From NCBI GenBank assembly GCA_964276515.1, contig OZ193909.1:7440001-7504000 (forward strand): a stretch of DNA of 64,000 bases, in the 5' to 3' direction. The stretch is from Gordius albopunctatus. Lineage: Eukaryota. Shown piece after piece: positions 1-12,400 of this stretch; positions within the stretch are counted from its first letter, which is position 1, and each line of letters opens with the position of its first letter. The notes below the pieces were generated by a model. It was given only the letters and a program-made list of their open reading frames with translations, did not search any database and was not told where the DNA came from. The translations under genes were made by a program, and so were the position numbers.

Positions 1-3000
1 GGAAGGGGCCATGAAAGAAGCGGGCGTAGACATGTCTTTCTTGCCCAAGTTGTCTTGCCTGCTACAAGATTTATCGGTGAATAGCGATAACGCTACCACG
101 TCGAATTCCTTATCAGAATCTCATAATTCAACGAATAAGGCTCGTAAGGACGACACGTCGAAAATTGACGAAAGCACGGCAGGAATTTATCGAACCCCTA
201 CTAAATTGGAACCGGGTGCAAGCTCGTGTGCATCTCCCCCACTTCAAGGTAAGAACGAAACAACGAAAGCTGGAAAAGGGAGACGCGGCGTTGGTACGTC
301 ACCATCCAAAGCTCTCGCCAAAGAAGCTACAAAAACGGACACTCCAAATCTCTCCATCCTAGGGCCCTTATTACCTGAAGGTTTTTAGTTTATAATTTTG
401 ATGGTTTTTTAAAGGATAAACCATTTCTTCCCAGTAGAAATCGTTTTTTCACGGAAAACTTTGTAAGTAATGCCTCTAAAAATCTTACGTTAGTTTTTTT
501 CCTTTAAATGATCAATTCATGCTCCTATAGCATATTAAATCGTATTTACTTACAATAAAACCAAGTGATAAGATTTTTAAATTAAAATTTTATTTCAACG
601 AAAACCAAGTCACACATATAAACATTCTAAAATGGGCCAAGAGTCGGCAAATGCTTTAAAGTTGTATTGCACAGTAAGAATTCCCAAATTGTTGTCTAAG
701 TAAAATGGAGGTGTAAAATCTAGATTTCGAGAACCTTTACGATTTCTTTGAAATCTATGGTTTGTTTACCGAAGGTATACCAGAAGAAAGCAACAACCGG
801 GATAATAATACTAGATGCCAAAAGGGCAGAATATTTAGTATTTGTTTATTAAACTATTATGCTTTTTTAAGTCCCAATCAATATATTTAATAAAAAATAA
901 TGGTAGTTTACATATAAAATATAGGAAATTTTTTTAATGTGTAAGATCTTGATATTTGGAACCATGTAAAATGGAGTGCCTTTAATTATAAAATTCACCC
1001 TCTCAACAAGGTTCTTTATTATAGCCTTTGCCAAATTGTGAAAAAATATAACATATTATTTACAATTTAATACTTAAGTTAGAAGTACACCGTTTTGAAT
1101 TAATTTCTATTTATTTTGACTAGTATTTTTGGCAGTTGTAGGAGGTATTAGTATTTAAATATAGTTTGCTCCTGTACTTGCAACTTTAATTAAGTGCGAT
1201 AACATCTAATAAAATTAAACAAATAGCCAGAAATAAACATGGTAAAATACGAGAATATCTTATCACTCGCCTTTAATGAATTCAAACTTAGAAAATAAAA
1301 CCCTTCATGCGAATTTGATACTGCAATAATTTAAATTCCCCGATTTGGCCTTGAAATTTTATGTACAGTTTTAGTTAGCCATGCAATAGAAATAGATGGA
1401 TGATACTACTGCCTAATCGTACCTTGTTATTGCCCTTTAGGATGTAAATTAATATAACATTTGATTGAGTTAAATTTACATACTTCAATTTATTAACAAT
1501 TAGGGAGTCAAATATTCAAAGAAATCTCCTTTTTGTTGACCCACAAACCCAGTGGCAGTGAAAAGGGTGAGAACAGTGCATCTATTTCAAAAAGTCCATC
1601 GATAAAGAGAGCGACCCGATCTAAAGTGAGGTTGCCGTTCTCCAACTCTAACGAAGCCCGCAACTCTACGTCGTCAAATTCATCATCCAGTTTGAACGAA
1701 TATCCCACCATAGAATTTAACAAGTAGTTACTCCTTTTGAATTGAATTATTCAAAATTTTATGCTTGTTGGTCTACTTTTTGATCAAGATTGCTTAACCA
1801 TCCCCAAAAAGTGTATCGAATCAGTTTTAACATCAAAAAAAATTTTTTCTCGAAAATTAGAACAATTTTGTAAATTTTGATTAATTCATTTAAGGAAAAC
1901 ACGTTGTTCAATATAGGTGCTTTTAATTCAGTAAAAAATAGATTTTACAGCAATTTTCCAGAAATGATGATTATGCCCTTTTATTTAGAATGTTATATAT
2001 AAGTTATTAAATTCTTCTTTAACATATATGAGCAGTATTTGATGTCTCTCTTATGTATGACTTTTTTTGTGAATATTTTAAAGACAACATCTAATTGACC
2101 AAATAAATTCGGGGGAGGGTGTGGTTTTGGAGACATTCGACGAATGCCTAACTACCACCCTAAACAGTCGCGTAATTTGCGTAGCCGATAGCTACTCCAG
2201 GACCGAAAAATATTTAAAATGTTTGGCTGCCGACATCCCTTGCATATCTCACCTCTACATCATCGAGTGCTGCAGGCAAAACAAACTGCTAGAATACGAA
2301 AATTTCACCTTGCCCGCCGGTAATTTCGAATGATAGACCGAAATTTTAGAAAACATATATAAGTAAAAGGAGCCCTTTAAATACTCCATATTATTCTTGG
2401 TGAAGTCATTAACAAAAATATGTTATAGCAAACGAAACTAGTAAAAAACATGCCTGGTAAACATTGCTTTATAGTCAACATCGGGTGTCCAGCCCATATT
2501 TAAATTTTTTAGCTTTTAAGATACCGTCAGAGGGAGATTTAAACTTTAATTCTTATATAATTAATTTTTTTAGGTAAGAGTATCTTAAAAAATTGCTCAT
2601 TGTCGAGGAAAAAGATCGGGAACATGTTTAACGCGATCAAGGTCACGTTCGTACCTGCAAATCCCAGATCCTTGGCTACCGATGAAAAGCTGTGCTTATC
2701 CCTGCTTCAATCAATGAGATTTCAAGTTACCGTTTCTAAACTAATTTTGGGTAATTCTTTATTCCATAATAATACATACATTCATTCGTTACATATAAAT
2801 TGTAGCATAAAATATACGACTACGATTGAATTTTTAAAGCATATTAATTATAATTGACAAGTCATAACTTAGCCATGGTAAGCATAGGTGTCAATCTTTA
2901 TGTATATAAATAGCGATAAACTGTAATTTAAAAATATAAATTTGCAATTTGAACGAACGTTTACTCCCTGGGCGTCAAAATGTATGCCAAAAACCTCGTT

Positions 3001-3248
3001 TTTAGACCTTAAAAATATAAATCATGGTAAAAATGACATATTTTGACGCATGATTTAATATTCGTTGTAACTTTTATCGTCAAGATCTCAAACCCGACCT
3101 CTTAGTGGCCGTGTACAAAAATGTTGCTTTGTCTAACAAGGCACGAGAACAAAAAATTCCCTTGGTTTGCATAGAATGGGTCATTCAATCCCTTATTCAC
3201 GCCGAGCTTCTTCCTTATCATGCGCACGAGAGTTTTTACAACTTCTAG
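1..3248 (+). CDS. TP53BP1: p53-binding protein 1 (53BP1)-like, 3' part with tandem BRCT domains; 5' end lies outside the window
   Basis: Phase-compatible GT-AG exons <1-380, 1504-1723, 2084-2319, 2574-2750, 3085-3248 splice to LGPLLPEGSQIFKEISFLLT...EFNKQHLIDQINSGEGVVLETF...VADSYSRTEKYLKCLAADIPCISHLYI...FTLPAG...KIPLVCIEWVIQSLI...YNF*. This matches 53BP1 BRCT motifs (GPLP..LF.G.AFLLT, RT.KY.LCLA.GIPCVSH.WV, LPAG, LPVVS.EWVIQCLI). Confidence 0.88.
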
Positions 3249-3414
3249 ACCAAGGCTTTTATCAAATTTTTACCATATATCAAAAAATATATTATAGTTA
3301 TTTTTAAACTCCCACGTTCTATATTTTAATACACACACATATATATATATTTTTTATCGTAAAACAGATACAAAATATGAATTTATGTTATAATGAGATT
3401 GTATAATTTAGATG

Positions 3415-6400
3415 TCATATTTTTAGGGCTTTAATTACATCCTTTCCCAAAATCTTGCCTATATCCAAAAATGAGGCTTGAAGTTCGTCAGCTATTTTTT
3501 TCGCCTGTTTATAACACGGATAAAGTTTACCATATTATATACTATTGTAAACCTCATCAATGCGTCCGTTTTTAATCAAGTACATAACCGTGATGGCTTT
3601 TATATGGTAAGGCTTGACGGTAACTTTGAGTGATTTGTTAACGGTAAGTTTAATTTGGTTCAGTAATTCATTGCAAATGCCCATAACCGATTCGTTATTT
3701 TCCTTCAAACACCTGTAGATTAAGGATATAAATTTGAAATTAACAGTTCTGATGCTAAAAAAGTTTAGTTTTTATTAAGTGTTATTCAAATGGTACCCAA
3801 AAATGCGTGTTAATAGAATTGGCTTAGGTATGAGTTAATTTTATTTTAGTTGTCGCTTTAAGCATAAAACTAACTTTTGAGCCTTAAGATAACTCCGTAT
3901 CATCTCCATCTCCAACTGTAATCGATGTTCGAGGGCCTTAACAGAAGCAGCACTTGTGTTGCCGGTCGATTCTACAATTTTGCTCAATACTTTAGATGCC
4001 TGATGCAAAAACGTCAATGCCTGAGCGTAATCATCGTTTTCTTCTATTGAATTCTTTAAACACATTATTGATTTATAATAATAAAGGTATGAACGCAAAG
4101 TTAAAATAGCGCTCTGTGTTAAAAGACAATATTATTCGCTACCGACCACAATGGAAAGACATTTTAATTTTTTTTGTTAAAACGCTTTTATTAGTTAAAA
4201 TTGATACATAAAATATACAATAAACGAGCATAAAATAATATAAAATTATTCAGCAGATTCGTCAATAGACAACAGGTCATGTGTCAGATAAAGATTTGTA
4301 ATTATATGTTTCCTATCGATTCAAAAAATGCTAATGCCTTCTTGGCAAAAGTAGCGGAACAGGAGGCTACTATTGGAATAAAATTTTTAGATTAAGCAAT
4401 AATAAGGGAAACATTCATTAATTTGAATTGACAAATCATAAAGGAAAAAATAGAAGTGATATTAAGTGGCTTTTAAGGTTGATTTTCGATATGGTTTAAA
4501 CTTAAAATTGTAAAACTAATTTGTGCTTAAAGTCACTTTAGCCTAGAGTTGTTATATTGCTAACTTTCTTCAACTCCAGCTACCATCTGCTCGAGTTTCT
4601 GCTCGGCCCTCGAGTATTTCTATATGCTACTGCTCTGCCTAGTGTACCAAAAGCGAGCACATATTGTGCTAACGCGCATATTAAACAACTCAGTGTGCGT
4701 GCTCGCGTCTGCAGTTTGAAGCGAGTTAGCAATTTAACAACTCTACTTTAGCCTTATTTAATAGTATCCCTTATACCCTCAGCGTTTAAGTGTAAACATA
4801 CCTGAGCACAAGCTTCGAAAAATTCCAAGAGTGGGGTATAAGCTTTTGACTTGGTGTATAAATCTGCAATAAATTTGAACAAGATAGGATCCTTCCTCCA
4901 GCCGTCCGTCGTTTGGAGATGATTGGCGGCCATTATAAAAATATCAACATTTCGTGAGATTTGAACGAATTGAATAATTTTTTCCTTATTTCTCGTGCGA
5001 ATCAATGATTTCATTGCCTAGAATAAACATTAACTTATTTCAGTTTAGTCACGGAAAAGTTGATCAAATAAAAAAAATTTCAAAGCTTTTGGGGATTAAT
5101 CTAATAATTAAATTTTGATTATCCGATTTAATATCTTTGAAAAATTATATGATTTTAATTAAATATATCGAGAAAGTACTAGTTAAAACAAGTGTAATCG
5201 GTAAGGGTGGGCAAAAAACCCAATAAAAATATCTAAAGTCAAGCATTTTTAGAGTGAAGCAAATATTAGGTTCTATTAAAGCTTAGAAAAATCATGCTAA
5301 GCTCTGGTTCGTATATATTAAACATTTCGAAAGGTCTTTTTTTGTTAAATTAGTATCAATAATTATGGACCAATTGCTGATTGTAAATAGATGATTCGAT
5401 TCATAGATTACTGGATAGCCTGCTCAACTGCTTAAAAAAATGTTGCGTAAAATATAAGATAAAAACTTTGCATAACGTTCTATAGTTTTTAGAATAAATG
5501 TAAATATGTGAAACCTATAATTATTATTAACATTTTAAATAGCAAAAAAAAAACATTAAATACATTTATAGTAAAGCAATCTATATGGTCTAGCTAAATT
5601 TATTATACCCACGAGAATGAGTGAATCTTATGTATTTAAGGCTACCTGCATTTTATCACCCAATAGAGCGGCGTATATTTGGCACGCAATTTGATGATTT
5701 CCGACTTTGGTCGCACATTCGGCCAATCTGCTAATGGAACCGTCACCCCTGTTCAGAGCTATAATTTTTTCCATGTTAGCTTTGCTTTGGTTGGCCCGTT
5801 CCAGCAAACCCAACGCAACCGTTTCAACTGTATTCGTATGTTTCTCGAGGCATAACGTTATAGCTTCCCGGTACTAATGAATCCAAATATTATAAAGAAA
5901 AGGTTGATTAGTATCATTTTTACGTTATAAAAGCAAAATTGAAATAAACTTAAATTTTTTGATAAATTGCATCACTGATTCTCGCTTGGCAAAATGGTCT
6001 ACCCCTTAAATGGAACTTGACCTGCATAGACATTGTTGCCCCCTTTAACCAGAAGTAAAACGCTCTGACCCTAGCTGAACACCGCAAAACTGTAAAATAT
6101 CAGGCCCTCCTACCCTCTAATATCCTTACTCCTATCGTTGCCTGGTGCTCTGGGACTTTTGGTCCGGCCACTATTAAGCTTTTCAAAGAAATCAGCCGTC
6201 ACTGCCCGCCCTTTAAATATTGCACAAATTTTTTACTTAAACACAAAAATTGGCATTTTTTAGCAAAGTACAATTTTAAATAACTTGCCGACAGCTGGCC
6301 TCTTTTAATTGGTGACACATGCGACGCTTTTGAATTATATTTTTTTATTTTGTTTTATACCCACTCTTATATTTTTCCAATTTTTAACACTTCGTTCTTA

Positions 6401-9400
6401 TAATGTTCTTACGTTCAATTTAAATAAACAATATATACTAGTAAAAAAATAGTTTCGAGAAACATTTAAATTCAAAATATTTATAGCTATTTAATAATCC
6501 ATTATTTATTTTGTCACAAATAATAAAGGTGTGTTAGCATTTAAGTTAAGGGAATATTAGTACCCGGTTAACTTTGATGTAAAGTTTTAATGCTCGTTCG
6601 ATTTGATTATTGCCAACAAAACGTTCTATTATTTCATCCAACAATTCAGCGTCCATGTGAGTGTCAACCCCTTCTACTAGTCGATTCAGGGATGCGACAT
6701 TGGATGTTTTTAGGGCCATGCGCAAGGCTTTATCCAAATTGCCTACCTAAAAATGAACCCTGTTTAGTCATCATATTCCTAATTGAATAAATTAATAATC
6801 TTAGACAACAAATAATGCTTTTAATATATCGAAAATTTATCAAGCAAGGGCAAAAATTGCTTTTTTCAGTGTTTCCCTTATATTTGTTTTACCTTTTAAA
6901 GTTAATTTTTCTTCGTCAGAAGGGGCAAAAACGTAAATTTCCGCAACTTTAGACTCGTTATTTCAAAAGACGAGTAGGGGGAAAAGGAAAAACGTATAGG
7001 ATAAGTGTTAACCACAAAAAACTATAATAAATAAGTAAACCATTTTTGGGCTTTTTCTTGTAGACCTGTATAATCATAGATAGAGCCCTGCAAAGTTACT
7101 TTTTTCAACCCGAACCCGACCCGAAAGCATTTGAATTTTTTCAACCCGAACCCGATCCGACCCGAACGTAAAAAAAGATTATTATTGTAAAATTAATTTT
7201 AATGGTTTTAAAAACAAAATATTATCTCCCAAAAATGAGCTTAAAACGTTATATGTAATTAGGGTATACGTTTAAGTTAATTGCGGCACAATCTTCTTCA
7301 AAATATTAACAAACCCGCAATTTATTTAATAATTGCTAAATTAAAATGAGTCTGTCTGTATTATCAAGCAATTTTGAAGGCTAATAATGGTTGTGGCAAT
7401 TTTGTGCGGAAATGAAAGGAGAAAATTTGATTTTTTTCTAAAACTCTAATTTATAAATAATATTTGTAATATATTTTTTTTATAAATTTGAATCATTCGT
7501 TTAATAAATAACTATGATAATTTTATTTTATTCTAGTGTATCAGTTAGGCGGTAGGATAAGTTGAGACATTAATAATTAAAAAGAAAAATGGGAGTTCAG
7601 AATCGTTAATAAGTATTGTGATATCAATTATATGTTTTCATAATTTATAGCATCAATCAAGATATTCTACCTTTCTGAGTTAAAAATTGCGCAAATCCAA
7701 AATTCAGATATAATTTAAAAGAAATTAATTCAAATGAATGTACGAGATAATTTTTCATACATTGCGATATTAATTATAAAATATTATATATAAGTAAACG
7801 TTTTGATAGAGTATTTCGGCTTTTTCCTCTTGTCCTCCGGCCCTCTCGTAATATTTTGCAATTTCGCCTTTGTGATCGGTGGGAAAATTGGCGGACAGTT
7901 CGAAAAGTTCGTTTTCCAGATTATTCGTCTATAAATATTTAAAATATAGCATGCCAGGTCAAGGTTGTCTACAAGTTTTAGTCTGATTGAGTAGTTTCTG
8001 GTCAATTTTAATTACTTTAATTTGTGGAAAGAATCTCGATATATTAATGTTATTAGATCGGTTTATACCCATTTATAAAAGACACATTGTTAAAACAATT
8101 ATCAAGCCGTACAAAAATTAACGATTCTCTAAAGATCATTTTTATGAAATTGAGTAATAAAAATTGGATACATTGTAATTTTTGTTCCTATGTTAAATTG
8201 CCAAACTTTTACGCCTTAAAAAATGGTCTTTTGGTATTTGCTTTGATTTGACTGATTAACACATTCTGGGGCCAATTACAATATTTCTCTATATTTGAAA
8301 TTAAATCCTATAGTATCTTGAGCATCAAACCTGAGAGCCTAAACTTTATATACTTGACATTTAAACCGTCAAAGTAATAAAATAAAACAATTTTAAGATT
8401 AAACTTAACGTATAAATTTATAAAGAAAGCGTTACCTTGCACAGGTTGAAGGCAATGGAAAAGGCTTTGGCTGACATGAAATACTTGATGGATTCTAAAT
8501 ATTCGCCCCCTTTTTCATATTCCTGCCCGAGGTAGAAATAAGTGGCGCAATTGTCATGTTCTTTGGCATATGAAGTAGCCTGTTAAAAGATATTAGGTAC
8601 ATTAAACTAGTGAGAAACAAATGGTCAATTACACTTAAAGTACTAATGTAGGCCATTATCTAAAAATGCTCATTTATTTGTTCGATTCGTAATAAAGGCG
8701 GCGATTATAGGGATTGTTATTATAATAGGTAGATCTTATACACAATTTTAGTAAAATTCAGCTATTTTTCCTCAAGTTAAAAAATAACTGCAATAATTAA
8801 GTACATTATGACCGAATTTCAGACTGCCTTAGAGATATAAATATGGCGTGATCATAAATAAAAAGACGTAAATTTTTTTATATAAAAACCATGTTTTTCA
8901 AATACTTCTATGTCATTCATACCTCACGTAGTTGACCCAATTTACAATACATCTTCACGATGGACAAATCGTCGGGGGCTCTTTCATAAAAATGCAGGGC
9001 TTTCGCATATAAACTTTTCGCTTCCAAATACTGCCCCAACCATTGATATAGTTTGGAAGAGTTTTTGCTAACCAGTTTTCCACTACCATCTCCCATCTTT
9101 GCTGTGAGGGCGATCACCGTGTTACATGTATCCTCGATATCGGCTATATGTCAAGCAAAATGAACATTAAATAACGAATTTATCGAGAAAACAGTGGCCA
9201 AAATTTGCAACACCAGTGATAATAGCTAAGTATATAACATTTAAAATATTGTGACAGAATTTGTTTTCCTTAAAACTTATTTTTTCGAGATATCAAAGAA
9301 AAATGATTCAATGCAATATAATTTTTTTTTCATATTGGCTACATAAATTGGCAAAGTAGCGATATGTTTCCAATAGCTGTTTGTCACACTAAGGTGTGGT

Positions 9401-12400
9401 CAGCTTCTTTAGATATTTGGATAAAGGGTGATGCTCGGCTATTCAAGCCTGACGGCCGTTTTGACGATGCGATTTAATTAATCTTTTGAAATAAGTTCCT
9501 GAGGCGGGATTGAACCAGCGAGCTCTTGCTACAAAAACTAAACCTAATCCTAGTTAAATTAATTTTTCAGGAAGAAAAATACATCCTTTACCATTGACAC
9601 ATCTTATATATAGTGTATAATTTAATTAAGTTGAGAATGAATGGTATTCACTTTGTCACTTATCTGATCTCGCTTCATTTTGATCAATGATAAACAGAAC
9701 ATCGAACAACAAATGAAAATTTAAAGACTGGATTATAAATTTGCTCACAATTTGCCGTTAATAAATCGGTGAGGTCTCGGAGGGTTGTGCTCGTTGAACT
9801 ACTGCTGAACGCGAGAGAGAGTAGATCTTGGACGCGCTTTTGGTGATCGGACATCGAATCGGGGATATCCTCGTAAAAAGTCTTCTTTAATTCTATATCG
9901 TAGGCGTTGGAATCAATGCGATCGGCCAAGGAGTTAGGTATGTTAGTGTCGTTAGGTCTTAGCTCATCCAACGCCCCCCCGTCGCTCCATCGCATTATTA
10001 ACCGTCGACACATGTCCCTTAGTTCGTAATCTCCTTTGGTAGATATTTCATTCAACGATTCCATACCTTTTTCCTGTGTTAGTGAAGCTTTACTCACTGT
10101 AGTGTAGATTAATGTTACAAGATAACAAGGGTATCTTACCCTCAATGCCCCATAAAATCCTTCCCCCCCCCCTATTGTCCATCGCATACTTAAAAACTCT
10201 TTCCCTTTCCCTTTGGGTTACACTTTAACGGAGTTCACCACAAAAAAAAGATTTAAAATGTTGCCCATTTTTCCCCTACACACACTTGAAACAATCCGAT
10301 CCAACCCCTCGCTTTAATTACAACGATAATAACATGAAATGATTGAACTAATTATAATTTGACGCTACCCAAAAACTAAAAGCCTTTATGGTATCAGCCA
10401 ATCCAATTAAGTCCATGTAAATGAATTCATCCTAGAATACAAAAATTACGTGAACCGTTTAATTTTCGCAAAAATCTATTAATTAAATGTTTCAATAACC
10501 CTGGGAACTTTTAAAGAAATCAAAAAAACTGCACAAACTTTAATAAGCACGGTCCTTGATAAAATATAAATTAAAATACATAACTTTAAAATGGACGATC
10601 TAAATTCGTGTTTATGACTGGTTCCTATTAAACTATAAAAAAGTAATATAATTGCAAATAATTGATAGTAAACAGTTATCAAAAAATATGTAATCTTCGA
10701 CTTAAAAGGAGTTTAGGTATCAAAAAAAATTCATATAAAATCTACCCGTAAGCCCATATAAACGTAGCAAGCTGATATTTTAACGTCGTCGGGCACACCT
10801 TTTTCGCATTTCATAACTGGTGACAGGATAGAGGGTAAATGATCCTTCAAAAGGGATTCAAGAATGGTAAATTTAACGTTCCCAAAATATGCTTGAGCGC
10901 AGGCCAAAGCTAACTTTAAATCCTTTTTGAGTAAGAAAAAATGGGTCAGATAACCGAACGATTCGTACCTATAATATTTTCATCAAACACGGGTCATAAA
11001 TTATAGACATGATGAAAAAACGGTTTATAGCATTTATCCAACCTTTTGATGGAGTCAAAGCTTTGGAGTAGCACTGTCCACCGTTTAAAAATGTAATCGA
11101 AAAAGATGTTTAAAATCTCCGAGATTTCTGACGGACTCAAGTTAATGTCTGCTTTGAGGAAATTCAGATTTACTAGTTGATAACCATCGTGCTCGATAGG
11201 CTTCCCTATGGGTATATCGAAGATGGGAAATGGGTATATGATCACAGACTGAAATTCACCTTTGGTCAACCCGTTATTTTCATTTTCAAGGTTGGGGGTC
11301 ATCTTTAAACATTATATAAAAAGAAAAAATGATTAATTATGGAGAAAACAAACGAAATACTCAAACAATTTAAAAAAATTATAATAAAATTTTGATTTCC
11401 CTAATTTATACTTTAGTCACTGGACCTACAATTATCAAGGAAATTTGATATTCATTAATTAAAACATGTATACTCGACGTCCGTAAATGAGGTGTGGAAA
11501 ATGCATTTTAACGAGCTCATGTTGCTGATTATTTGGCATAGGGATGCGGTCAAATAGAGATATTCCATTTTCGCTTGACACCAGGTAAACCAATACACAA
11601 GGGATATTGTCCTCGCTGACTGCCTAATTATAAAAATAGTGATATAGAGAAATAATAAATAGTTTAGCTTAACATAAAATAGCATTACAAATATTTGTCT
11701 ATAATTATATATTAAATCTAACTCTAATTTTCAACATCAACTCTTTCTAGTATAGACCAAAACAAAGCGCAATAATTTTAGAAATGTATTTTTCTTATTA
11801 ACAATACGAAATTTTAAAAATTAATTAAACAAAAAGTGGTCCCATAAACAATGGCATACGGTTCCTCGTATCTTTACATCAATATTGGTTTTCTCTAAAG
11901 TTACGGCAAACATATTAGGGTACGATTCATCCCAGTACTGATTTTTTATGGAAGGGAACGGAGAGTACCTAAAAGAAGATCAAAACAATATAACACCAAA
12001 CGCTGTATATGTATTTTGTATTTATTAAATTATTCCTGTGATTTGAAGAATATTTAACCCATTCAAAATATAATTATTAATATAATTCAATCAATTCGAT
12101 CTATAGAAATAGAGGATTCTTACATTTGCAAGGGGTCGAGGTCAACGGGAAATATGATATCGTTGGCTTTGTCCCACATTATTATCACGTTGATTTGTCT
12201 CGCAAGTTTCTATTAAAATTTAATCCTTTAAGTCACAGATCAACACAAAAAAAATCCGAAAATATGTAATATAATCTTAGCAATAGGTGTCACCTCTATT
12301 TTATATACATCCAAAAATTAAAGTTTAGATTTGCGACCTATTTTTAAAAGAGGTTCTTACTTTTCTGAATAGCATGATATACAGTGTGCTATCCGCGTTG

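Noticed and set aside
3713..3874. U12-type intron in IFT140 (TCCTTAAT just upstream of the acceptor)
   Set aside because: The donor is GTTAGT (U2-type), not RTATCCTT, and the motif is very close to the AG; probably coincidental.
7784..8005. ORF-track 73-aa protein MTRNYSIR...
   Set aside because: Wrong frame; the real IFT140 exon (TNNLENELFEL...AKYYERAGG) is in another frame at ~7800-7928.
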